From an uncultured Bacteroidales bacterium (GTDB lineage Bacteria; Bacteroidota; Bacteroidia; Bacteroidales; UBA10428), in assembly GCA_964416375.1 (NCBI GenBank), contig CAYQDZ010000003.1, positions 1 through 47,741 of the forward strand: a stretch of 47,741 bases of DNA, given 5' to 3'. The notes below the pieces were generated by a model. The model saw only the letters and a list, made by a program, of their open reading frames with translations, was not told the DNA's origin and did not search any database. Positions 31,735-40,457 of the stretch are shown piece after piece. Position 1 is the first letter of the stretch, and each line of letters starts with the position of its first letter. Position numbers and translations under genes: made by a program.

Positions 31735-34700
31735 ATGAGAATTTATTATTGGTTCCTGTCTCTCCTTGTCATTCTGTCTTTAACGTATTTAAAATCAGCT
31801 GCTCAGGAAGAAATAGACGCGAAGAGATTGTTTGTTGAAGCAGAATCTTATTTTCTTTTTGAAGAATATAAGGATGCCTTGCCATTGTATCAGAAGATAG
31901 CACGTGTTGAACCTATGAATTACAATGTTCAGTATAAAATAGGGATTTGTTATCTTAATGATACCTACCTGTCGGACAAATCAATAAAATATTTTGAAAA
32001 ATCTTTAAAAAATGTAAACATACATTTCAAACAGAATAATTTTAAGGAAAAAGGAGCCCCTCTTGAAGCACATTATTATCTTGGCAAAGCATTTCATAAG
32101 AACAATATGTTGGACAAAGCCATCGAAAGCTTCCAACGTTTTAAAAACCTTGCGGATCCTAAAGATTTTGACATTAGTATAGTTGATGAAGATATTGCGG
32201 CTTGTCAACTGGCCAAAAAAATGCTCAGAGATCCTATTTTTTTTTCTCCTAAAAATAGTCAAAGCCCCATAAATTCCAGGTTTGAAGAAATCAATCCGGT
32301 TGTGTCCGGAGATGGCAAAACCTTGATTTTTACCAGAAGACTTCAGTTTTACGATGGAGTATTCATCAGCAAAAGAAATAGTGAGGGAACTTGGTCCGAA
32401 CCGGTTAACCTTACGCCTGATTTCGGATGGGATGGAAATTCATATACCTGTGGAATATCTTATTTCGGAGATGAAATATTTGTTTACCGTAGCGATAATT
32501 TTGATGGTAATATTTATTCCAGCAAACGTGAAGGTAATCGCTGGGGCCGTTTAAAAAAATTGGATGACAATATCAATACAAAATTCTGGGAATCACATGC
32601 TTCACCCTCCATTGATGGACAATATCTGTATTTTACATCAAATCGTGCCGGGGGATATGGAGGCCTTGATATTTATAAATCCAAACGCTTACCAAAAGGT
32701 GATTGGGGTCCCGCAGTAAACCTGGGGCCAGTTATTAATTCTCCTGGCAATGAAAACACTCCGTTTTTAAGCAATGAAGGATATGCTTTGTTTTTTAGTT
32801 CACAGGGACATCCAACAATGGGAGGCTATGATGTTTTTATAAGCAATTTAAAAAGTGATGGCACATGGAGCAAACCACAAAATATGGGTTCCCCTTTGAA
32901 TACAACAGCTGATGAATTATTTTATAACCCAATGGGAGTGAATTCTTTTGGCTTCTTTGCATTGTATGACGAGTCTACTACTCAGGGTTTGCTGGATATT
33001 TACGAAATTGAAGTTTATAATGAATTTATTCCCCGAACCTTCCAGGTTCAGGGACGATTAATAGTAAAGAATGCAGACTCCAGGTTCTATAAAAAGCTAA
33101 CAGCCAAAATTATAGATGCCAAATCAAAAGAAATAATTGCCGGGCAAAAAATTGGGGACGATGGGATAATTTCTCTTTCAGCTACTCAGGGAGAATATAT
33201 ATTGTTAATTGAAGGACCGGAAATTGAAACCTACCGGAAAAACCTGAACTTATCGGTAAATCAACCCGATGGCCTGGTAATTTTGCCTTCCATTTCATTA
33301 GATAAAGGTGCGGTTACAACTGTTCCTATTGCCATTACAACTCCATCAAAATCAAAGATCTTTGCTAAAAGTGATTTTTATGCAGTGAATGATTCCGGAG
33401 TTGTTTCTATTGATTTAATCGTACCTAAAGGATCTGATCTGGGGGTGGATATATCAATGGATGATAGTCTTATTTTTACGGAATCAATTGAATCTGTAAG
33501 AAAAAGGTTTACTTATTTCTATAAGCCAAGACCTGGCGAGAATATATTGAAATTCACGGCCACTGATCTGGATGGGGATACTTCCTCCACTGAAGTTATC
33601 GTCACCTATTATTTGCCTTTGCCAACTGAGACAGAAGTTGGATTGCAGAAAATAGAACCGGCAGTTTCCATCTATGTAAAATCATTTGATATGATTTCGG
33701 AAGGAGCATTGCAGACGTATTTGCATAAAATTGAAATGAATGATTTTGAAAATTTTTCCGATCTCTATCAGCACCTTATTGAAGTATCTGATCAGGAAGG
33801 TTTTACCAGAGAAGATGTCAACAAAATGTATTCTATCTATTTTTCTCAAAAGGACAAGCAGTTGTTCAATACAGATTTTATAAGCTATTATTCTGAACAG
33901 GATAGCGATTGGGATGCACTATTTGACAGTTCAACCATACCATTAATTTATATTCAAACTTTGTTAAAAGAAGAGCTGATTTCAAAGAAAGACATGCAAG
34001 CTACGCTGCTTTCCATGGTGTCTGATGATTTTGAAGATGGAAATGTCTTATACGCATTCTTATCAGGATTTCACAAGGATACAGCGAAAACCTATTGGGA
34101 TGATCTGGATATCTCCGGGTCGGTTCAGGCCTGGGAGGTGATGTCTGACAATTTGGGTGATACGGATGCAAATTCTTTGTTGCAACTTGCATCTACAACA
34201 GAGGAGTTACACTTTTTCTTTCAGAATTTGCTGGTTGCATCCTCCGGTAATTTGAATGAATACCTGGCAGGCATGCAATTTGAGACTCTTTCCATTGAAA
34301 ACTCAATTGATCTGCTTAGTCATTTGTTCGGAGCTGTACCAGAAGAAAACTTTAGCTATGAAGAACTTATTGAAGCGCTTGAAAAAGCTTCTCTGAACAG
34401 GAAATATTATCTGAACATCTTTAATGAAGTATTAACAAACAATGCAAGCGGCACATTAAAATCGCAACTTCTATTACTTAATCTTGATGAAAAGAATATT
34501 TATACTTACGAAAATTTGCTTAAATATCTTGTAGAACAGTCGCAATATAACAACTATTCAAGAGAGGAAATTTACAATTTGTTACTGGAGTTAATAGGGA
34601 TTACTGATGTCAATGAATTTTCAGAAAAAATTAAATCGTATAATATTAAATCTGTCAATAAAGCTCTTTCCGATACATCATTGAAACATTTCTCAAATCC

Positions 34701-34944
34701 TTATGAGCTTTTACAATATCTGCTTATTGCCACTCAGGATTATGATTTTACCGAATCAGATATTAATAACCTGCTCATAAGAATGATTTTAGAACGTGGT
34801 TTGTCAGATAGTTTAAGCAAAAGATATGACAGCAAAGAAAAAAGCATATGGAAGAATAAGAAGTTCCTGACAACCATAATTTTAGTAAATATTGTAATAT
34901 TGATATTTATTATTCTCATAACTCGAAGAAGAAAAAACAATTAA
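31735..34944 (+). CDS. PorE-like paralog 1: TPR + PD40 beta-propeller + CRD-like + Ig-like + long helical-repeat region + C-terminal membrane anchor
   Basis: 1069 aa. Signal peptide. Family blocks YKIGICYLND, APLEAHYYLGKAFHKNN, INTKFWESHASPSIDGQYLYFTSNRAGGYGGLDIYKS, GPVINSPGNENTPFLSNEGYALFFSSQGHPTMGGYDVF, NTTADELFYNP. CRD-like TFQVQGRLIVKNADS.... C-terminal FLTTIILVNIVILIFIILIT followed by RRRKNN. Confidence 0.8.
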   Translation: MRIYYWFLSLLVILSLTYLKSAAQEEIDAKRLFVEAESYFLFEEYKDALPLYQKIARVEPMNYNVQYKIGICYLNDTYLSDKSIKYFEKSLKNVNIHFKQNNFKEKGAPLEAHYYLGKAFHKNNMLDKAIESFQRFKNLADPKDFDISIVDEDIAACQLAKKMLRDPIFFSPKNSQSPINSRFEEINPVVSGDGKTLIFTRRLQFYDGVFISKRNSEGTWSEPVNLTPDFGWDGNSYTCGISYFGDEIFVYRSDNFDGNIYSSKREGNRWGRLKKLDDNINTKFWESHASPSIDGQYLYFTSNRAGGYGGLDIYKSKRLPKGDWGPAVNLGPVINSPGNENTPFLSNEGYALFFSSQGHPTMGGYDVFISNLKSDGTWSKPQNMGSPLNTTADELFYNPMGVNSFGFFALYDESTTQGLLDIYEIEVYNEFIPRTFQVQGRLIVKNADSRFYKKLTAKIIDAKSKEIIAGQKIGDDGIISLSATQGEYILLIEGPEIETYRKNLNLSVNQPDGLVILPSISLDKGAVTTVPIAITTPSKSKIFAKSDFYAVNDSGVVSIDLIVPKGSDLGVDISMDDSLIFTESIESVRKRFTYFYKPRPGENILKFTATDLDGDTSSTEVIVTYYLPLPTETEVGLQKIEPAVSIYVKSFDMISEGALQTYLHKIEMNDFENFSDLYQHLIEVSDQEGFTREDVNKMYSIYFSQKDKQLFNTDFISYYSEQDSDWDALFDSSTIPLIYIQTLLKEELISKKDMQATLLSMVSDDFEDGNVLYAFLSGFHKDTAKTYWDDLDISGSVQAWEVMSDNLGDTDANSLLQLASTTEELHFFFQNLLVASSGNLNEYLAGMQFETLSIENSIDLLSHLFGAVPEENFSYEELIEALEKASLNRKYYLNIFNEVLTNNASGTLKSQLLLLNLDEKNIYTYENLLKYLVEQSQYNNYSREEIYNLLLELIGITDVNEFSEKIKSYNIKSVNKALSDTSLKHFSNPYELLQYLLIATQDYDFTESDINNLLIRMILERGLSDSLSKRYDSKEKSIWKNKKFLTTIILVNIVILIFIILITRRRKNN

Positions 34945-34949
34945 CTTAT

Positions 34950-37013
34950 ATGAAATATTTCATACGATTTACCTTAATACTATTATGGGAGGTTTTATTT
35001 ATTACAAACCTTTTTAGCCAAATATGGCTCTCAAATAAGGATATTTTTGATGATGCAGAAGAATATCTCGATGCTGATGAATACGTGGAAGCTTTGCCTC
35101 TGTTTATTCTTCTTGAGAAAAAGGAAGTAATAAATGCCAATATATCTTATAAAATTGGTACGTGCTACCTGAATATCAGGGGAAAGAAGGATAAGTCAAT
35201 TCCGTATCTTGAAGATGCCTGTCAAAATATCACCTTTGATTACAAGAATTCAATTGAGGAGACAGCCGCTCCTGTGAAAGCTCTTTTATTGCTCGGAGTA
35301 GCGCACCGCATAAATAATGAGCCAAAGAAAGCAATGGAAATTTTCGAATTATTGAGGGACACGCTTGCAAACAGAGACATGGATGCAATTGTCGATATGC
35401 ATATCAAGCGATGCGAGCATGCGGTTCTGCTTGCTGCATTTCCGGGTGAACCCAGAACAGAGAAGCTGCCGGCTCATATAAACAATGAATTTTCAAATTA
35501 TAATCCCGTATTGGTTGATCATGATAAGGTATTGTATTATATGGAAGAACTTAAGTTCTATGATGCGATTATGCGTGTAGAAAATGAAGATGATGTATGG
35601 GGCAATCCTACGAATCTGACCCCAAAAATCGGAAGTGATGGAGATCATATTGTTGTTGGGGCTTCTTCTGATGGTAATGCACTGTTGTTGTATATCTATA
35701 AAGTATTAAAAGCTGGTGAAATATACACAACCAGATTAAATGATGATGGCTGGTCAAAGTTGGAACCACTGAATGAGAGCATTAATACAAAATATCATGA
35801 AACGCATGCCAGCTATTCATTTGATGGCAAGACACTGTATTTTACCAGCAATCGACCTGGTGGTTATGGAGGTTTGGATATTTACATGTCAAAGCTTGAT
35901 GAAAATGGAAAGTGGGGGCCTCCTGTAAACCTCGGTCCGGATATCAATACACCTTTCAATGAAGAAACTCCAATCATGAATGTTGATGATGAGATTCTTT
36001 ATTTTAGCTCGCAGGGGCATCTGAATATGGGTGGATATGATATTTTTCATGCTCAGCGTAAAGGAGAGAACGAATGGAGACAACCGATTAATATGGGTTC
36101 TCCTGTTTCTACAACAGATGATGACTTGTTTTATTTTCCTTTGGAAACAGGAATGTCAGGATTGATGTCTCGCTTGGAGGAACCCGTTACAGGAGCCTAC
36201 GACATTTACAGATACAACAGTATGGTGTTTGCAAATTCCCCCCGGTTTTCTGTCAGAGGAAAATCAAGTACAGCAGACAGTTCCAATTATAAAGATCATG
36301 ATGTGTTGGTTATAAATAACGAAACTTCAGATACTCTGATTATAAAAAATCCTAATCCTGATGGAAGTTATGAGTTCTTATTGCCGGCTGGAAATTTTGC
36401 TGTGGTTGTGGTTGATGATCAGGGAGTATCCAGTGAAGACAATGTGGTTTTTAAAGATGGAGATCCGGATAGGGAATTATTAACTTCTGCTCAGGTTGAG
36501 CCTGTCGATAGTTTGGCAGAAGAAAGTTTGGCAGAAGAAACAGTTGGAGAAGAGAGCTTGGCGCAAGAGACCGATGCAGAAGTGACTGTGCCTGCAGATA
36601 CCGTACAATTAAGACATCTGCTTTTTGGTTTTGATAGTTACAAATTACCATCAAATTGTCAGGCGTATCTTAATGTAATTAAAGCGATGATGGAGAAACA
36701 CGCCTCTCTGGTGATCGGGATTGTTGGATATACTGATGAAATAGGCAGCGAAAGTTACAATATCCATTTATCCAAACTTCGGGCCGAGATGGCTGCAAAG
36801 TACATTATATCTGATAAGATTGATAAAGAAAGAGTTAAAGTTATTGCAAGGGGAGAAGCCAATCCTGTTGCAATGAACAAAAATGCTGATGGAACTGATA
36901 ATCCCGATGGAAGACATTATAATCGCAGAGTTGAGCTGGTCCCTGAAAGCAAAATACCGGGAGTTATATTTACCTTTAAAATTGAAGTGCCTGAAGCTCT
37001 TTTGTATAAATAG
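34950..37013 (+). CDS. PorE-like paralog 2: TPR + PD40 beta-propeller + CRD-like + OmpA_C peptidoglycan-binding domain
   Basis: 687 aa. Family blocks YKIGTCYLNI, APVKALLLLGVAHRINN, INTKYHETHASYSFDGKTLYFTSNRPGGYGGLDIYMS, GPDINTPFNEETPIMNVDDEILYFSSQGHLNMGGYDIF, STTDDDLFYFP. OmpA_C at about 36610-36945: LLFGFDSYKL...IVGYTDEIGSESYNIHLSKLRAEMAAKYI...GEANPVA...NRRVELV. Confidence 0.85.
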   Translation: MKYFIRFTLILLWEVLFITNLFSQIWLSNKDIFDDAEEYLDADEYVEALPLFILLEKKEVINANISYKIGTCYLNIRGKKDKSIPYLEDACQNITFDYKNSIEETAAPVKALLLLGVAHRINNEPKKAMEIFELLRDTLANRDMDAIVDMHIKRCEHAVLLAAFPGEPRTEKLPAHINNEFSNYNPVLVDHDKVLYYMEELKFYDAIMRVENEDDVWGNPTNLTPKIGSDGDHIVVGASSDGNALLLYIYKVLKAGEIYTTRLNDDGWSKLEPLNESINTKYHETHASYSFDGKTLYFTSNRPGGYGGLDIYMSKLDENGKWGPPVNLGPDINTPFNEETPIMNVDDEILYFSSQGHLNMGGYDIFHAQRKGENEWRQPINMGSPVSTTDDDLFYFPLETGMSGLMSRLEEPVTGAYDIYRYNSMVFANSPRFSVRGKSSTADSSNYKDHDVLVINNETSDTLIIKNPNPDGSYEFLLPAGNFAVVVVDDQGVSSEDNVVFKDGDPDRELLTSAQVEPVDSLAEESLAEETVGEESLAQETDAEVTVPADTVQLRHLLFGFDSYKLPSNCQAYLNVIKAMMEKHASLVIGIVGYTDEIGSESYNIHLSKLRAEMAAKYIISDKIDKERVKVIARGEANPVAMNKNADGTDNPDGRHYNRRVELVPESKIPGVIFTFKIEVPEALLYK
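36510..36539 (+). repeat. Perfect 15-bp tandem duplication inside the acidic linker of paralog 2
   Basis: AGTTTGGCAGAAGAA at 36510-36524 repeats at 36525-36539 and encodes SLAEE-SLAEE. Degenerate further copies (TVGEE, SLAQE) run to about 36575. Confidence 0.9.
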
Positions 37014-37139
37014 GTACTGAATGTAACTAACCTTAGTGACGCAGCAGGCTGTATTCCATTTTTTTTTATTAATTTAATCATGTGTTTACACGGAACAAGA
37101 TTGTTGATAGTGTTATCTGTTTTTTTCGTGTTATTGACG

Positions 37140-37147
37140 TAATTTTG
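37140..37147 (+). promoter_or_regulatory. Candidate -7 box (TAATTTTG) for paralog 3
   Basis: Exact TAnnTTTG match, 18 nt upstream of the ATG at 37165. No good -33 TTG at the canonical spacing. Confidence 0.35.
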
Positions 37148-37164
37148 AAAAAAATGCCAACCTG

Positions 37165-39018
37165 ATGAAAAAGTTGATTTTTACTTTCACTTGTAATTTT
37201 CTGATTGTATTTTGTTCTTATGCTCAGCGGAGCGAAGCTGAAATAGCATTGAAAGAATATTTTTCTGATGCGGAGTATTTTTTGGCTCAGGAGTTTTATG
37301 TTGATGCTCTCAGTGATTATTATCAGGTATATAGAAGAGGGTATGAAGAAAATGCAAACATCAACTATAAAATTGGGATTTGTTATCTGAATATTTACAG
37401 TCAAAAACAGAAATCTATTGAATACCTTGAAAAAGCAAAAGCTTATGTTTCTCCTAAGTATCGCGAAAGCAGTCTTAAGGAAAAAAATGCTCCCATCGAT
37501 GTTTATCTTTATTTGGGGAATGCTTATCGTATAAATAACAGGGTGGAGGATGCAATTTCGTCCTATAATGAGTATAAAAAATTATTGCCCGAAGAAGAAA
37601 CGAATTTGCATAGATATGCTGATCAACAGATTGAGGCCTGTAATGTTGCCAACGAATTTATGAAGAATCCAATTGATCTTGTTTTTGAGAACCTGGGACC
37701 TGCTATTAATAAAAGCAATGAAAACTATAAAGCTGTTGTATCGGGAGATGGTTCAACTCTTGTTTATATGCATCGGCTTCCTTTTTATGATGCAGTTTAT
37801 TTTTCAAAAAATGAAAATGGCAATTGGACAGAACCTGAAAATATAACCTCACAAATTATGTCGGACGGGGACCAGTTTGTTACTTCTCTTTCATATTATG
37901 GCAAAGTACTATTTCTTACAAAAGAAGATGAGTTTAACAGCGATCTGTTTATAAGTCAGTATGTTGATAACAGGTGGACTAAATCGGAACCATTAGGTTC
38001 AGGCATTAATTCAAAGTATTGGGAATCTCATGCTTCAGTTTCCAAAGATGGGAAAACACTTTATTTCACATCCAATCGTAGAGGTGGCAATGGAGATATG
38101 GATATTTATGTATCTAAGCTTAACGAAGTCGGGGTGTGGGCGCCGGGCATTAATTTAGGATCGGATATAAACACAGAGCTCAATGAAGATACCCCCTTTA
38201 TTACAGAAAATGGACAAACACTATTCTTTAGTTCCCAGGGATTTACAAGCATGGGCGGTTATGATATTTTTAAATCTGAACTGAAAAATGACAGCACCTG
38301 GTCAATTCCTCAAAATCTGGGTTATCCAATCAGTACTACTGACGATGATTTATTTTATTTTCCCTGGAAAGATGGAGAAATAGCCTATATGGCAAGAATA
38401 GAGGAAGATGGTTATGGAGCTACAGATATATATAAAGTTACTTATCCTGTTATCATCGATGAGACTATCACAAAACAGGATCAGGATGAAACTATGAAAA
38501 AACAAGAAGTGGTTGAATCTCCTGTAGTACCATTGGCTGATGTTACCGACAGTGCAGAAGTTGATAAGGAAGTTGAATTAGTTGTTGTACCTGAAACAAA
38601 GGCAGTTGAAATATCGCCTGTCTTTTTTGGTTTTGATAAATCAGTAGTCACTGAGAAGAGTAAAGATAATTTGGATGTACTGATTAACTTACTTAATGAT
38701 TATAAGGATATCAGGATTGATTTGCTGGGTTATACTGATCCATTGGGCCCGACTGAGTATAACTTGAAATTGGCAATGAAAAGAGCTTCTGCTGCAATGA
38801 ACTACTTAATTGATCACGGAATAAATGCTGAACAGTTAAAATCAATAGGAAAAGGAGAAGTTGATTTTATAGCCATCAATACAAATCCGGATGGATCAGA
38901 CAATAGTGAAGGTCGAAAATACAACCGAAGGGTGGAGTTTGAGGTCATAGGGCTTGATAATAATGGTTTGATTATCAAACGAATTGACCCTGTTCCTGAG
39001 CATTTAAAAATGCCTTAA
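37165..39018 (+). CDS. PorE-like paralog 3: TPR + PD40 beta-propeller + linker + OmpA_C peptidoglycan-binding domain
   Basis: 617 aa. Family blocks YKIGICYLNI, APIDVYLYLGNAYRINN, INSKYWESHASVSKDGKTLYFTSNRRGGNGDMDIYVS, GSDINTELNEDTPFITENGQTLFFSSQGFTSMGGYDIF, STTDDDLFYFP. OmpA_C at about 38615-38945: VFFGFDKSVV...LLGYTDPLGPTEYNLKLAMKRASAAMNYL...NRRVEFEV. Confidence 0.85.
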   Translation: MKKLIFTFTCNFLIVFCSYAQRSEAEIALKEYFSDAEYFLAQEFYVDALSDYYQVYRRGYEENANINYKIGICYLNIYSQKQKSIEYLEKAKAYVSPKYRESSLKEKNAPIDVYLYLGNAYRINNRVEDAISSYNEYKKLLPEEETNLHRYADQQIEACNVANEFMKNPIDLVFENLGPAINKSNENYKAVVSGDGSTLVYMHRLPFYDAVYFSKNENGNWTEPENITSQIMSDGDQFVTSLSYYGKVLFLTKEDEFNSDLFISQYVDNRWTKSEPLGSGINSKYWESHASVSKDGKTLYFTSNRRGGNGDMDIYVSKLNEVGVWAPGINLGSDINTELNEDTPFITENGQTLFFSSQGFTSMGGYDIFKSELKNDSTWSIPQNLGYPISTTDDDLFYFPWKDGEIAYMARIEEDGYGATDIYKVTYPVIIDETITKQDQDETMKKQEVVESPVVPLADVTDSAEVDKEVELVVVPETKAVEISPVFFGFDKSVVTEKSKDNLDVLINLLNDYKDIRIDLLGYTDPLGPTEYNLKLAMKRASAAMNYLIDHGINAEQLKSIGKGEVDFIAINTNPDGSDNSEGRKYNRRVEFEVIGLDNNGLIIKRIDPVPEHLKMP

Positions 39019-39111
39019 GAATTTTATAGGATTAATTATACTATTACAGACAGGTTTGCATCTCAAATGAACTCTTAATAAATTGAGTTACATTTTAATA
39101 GCCTTTTTTTT

Positions 39112-39119
39112 TATTTTTG
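39112..39119 (+). promoter_or_regulatory. Candidate -7 box (TATTTTTG) for paralog 4
   Basis: Exact TAnnTTTG match. It contains the TTG (39117) the ORF track used as start, which argues for the ATG at 39141. Confidence 0.35.
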
Positions 39120-39140
39120 AACCAATCAAAATTGCACTCA

Positions 39141-40454
39141 ATGAAAAGGTTAATTTTTTGCCTGATAGGAATACTTTTATTTTGCTTTGATAATGCTATA
39201 GTATCTGGCCAGAATCAAAAAGCAGTTGACGAAAACTTCAAAGAAGGAGAATATTTTTTTTATCGGGGAGATTATACTGACGCAGTGGGTTTTTACTTAA
39301 AACTTGTTGCCATCGATTCTCTCAATGCAAATTATAATTTTAAGGTTGGTGAATGTTATCTGAATATTCCTTCAAAAGAACCTTTAGCGATCCCTTATTT
39401 TGAGAAAGCTTTAAAAAATATTGTACCGAAGAATAAATATAAGAAAAGATCACAGGATGAAGTAAATGCTCCTCTTCATACCTATTTCTACCTTGGGAAT
39501 GCATATCGAATTAATAATCAATTGGATAAGGCACTGGAAAATTATCTGAAATTTATGGATTCTCCTTTTTTCTATGGGTACTACAATGTCGATATTGTTG
39601 AGCGTGAAATTAAATCGTGTGAAAGAGCAAAAATAATTCAGGACGCACCCATGGCGTATGAAAAAATTAATCCTGGAGAGGCAATTAATACAAGTTATGT
39701 GGAAGAAAGGCCAGTAGTATCCGGCGATGGAAAAACACTAGTATTTATAAGGCGTTTGAAATTTTACGATGCAATATTTTATTCCGTTTGGGATCATGAC
39801 AAATGGCGTCTGGCCGTGAACATTAATCCTGAAATTTTATCTGATGGCGAATTTTACCCTACGGGCTTATCCTGCGATGGAAATCATTTACTCTTGGTAA
39901 AGAAAGAATCCGAAACCAGCACCATATATATTTCTCATCTGCAGGAAGGTACCTGGTCCAAAGCGGTGCCCATGGATAATAATTTAAATTCAGCCTCATC
40001 AGAGATTCATGCAAGTTACAATAAGGCCGGAGATGCAGTTTATATAACGAGTAACCGGGCAAAGAGCAAAGGAGGTTACGATATCTTTCGATCTAAATTA
40101 ACTTCCAAAGGAACCTGGAGCAAACCCAAAAACCTGGGAAAGACAATTAATACAAAATTCAACGAACAGGGTGCTTATAGTTTTGCCGTTCCAGGTGTGT
40201 TGTTTTTCTCTTCTGAGGGACATTATAATATGGGAGGGTATGATATATTTTATAGCAGGAAAGTGGGAAAAAAATGGGCCATACCAGTAAATATTGGCTA
40301 TCCCATTAATGATACACGTGACAATTTATTCTACTGTCCTGCGAATAATCTCAGAGAAGGATATTATGCTATTGAAGACAATGAAGGATATGGTCAAACT
40401 GATATTTTTCTGATCAGAATAAAGGAAGATACTATATTGAATTTTGAGGAATAA
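39141..40454 (+). CDS. PorE-like paralog 4: TPR + PD40 beta-propeller only, no wall-binding domain
   Basis: 437 aa from the ATG at 39141 (MKRLIFCLIGILLFCF...). Family blocks FKVGECYLNI, APLHTYFYLGNAYRINN, EIHASYNKAGDAVYITSNRAKSKGGYDIFRS, VLFFSSEGHYNMGGYDIF, NDTRDNLFYCP. The protein ends right after the propeller. It is the most divergent blade set of the five. Confidence 0.8.
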   Translation: MKRLIFCLIGILLFCFDNAIVSGQNQKAVDENFKEGEYFFYRGDYTDAVGFYLKLVAIDSLNANYNFKVGECYLNIPSKEPLAIPYFEKALKNIVPKNKYKKRSQDEVNAPLHTYFYLGNAYRINNQLDKALENYLKFMDSPFFYGYYNVDIVEREIKSCERAKIIQDAPMAYEKINPGEAINTSYVEERPVVSGDGKTLVFIRRLKFYDAIFYSVWDHDKWRLAVNINPEILSDGEFYPTGLSCDGNHLLLVKKESETSTIYISHLQEGTWSKAVPMDNNLNSASSEIHASYNKAGDAVYITSNRAKSKGGYDIFRSKLTSKGTWSKPKNLGKTINTKFNEQGAYSFAVPGVLFFSSEGHYNMGGYDIFYSRKVGKKWAIPVNIGYPINDTRDNLFYCPANNLREGYYAIEDNEGYGQTDIFLIRIKEDTILNFEE

Positions 40455-40457
40455 TTC

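Noticed and set aside
37080-37142. 20-codon hydrophobic micro-ORF (MCLHGTRLLIVLSVFFVLLT) in the gap between paralogs 2 and 3.
   Set aside because: It is short, AT/T-rich sequence easily produces such ORFs, and its 3-prime end (stop at 37140-37142) overlaps the putative -7 box of the downstream gene. No conservation can be assessed here.
37014-39116. Rho-independent terminators after paralog 2 (37014-37075) and paralog 3 (39019-39111) near the T-runs.
   Set aside because: The T-runs (37049-37058 and 39103-39111) are not preceded by a convincing GC-containing hairpin. The best stems are 5 bp, AT-rich and not adjacent to the T-run.
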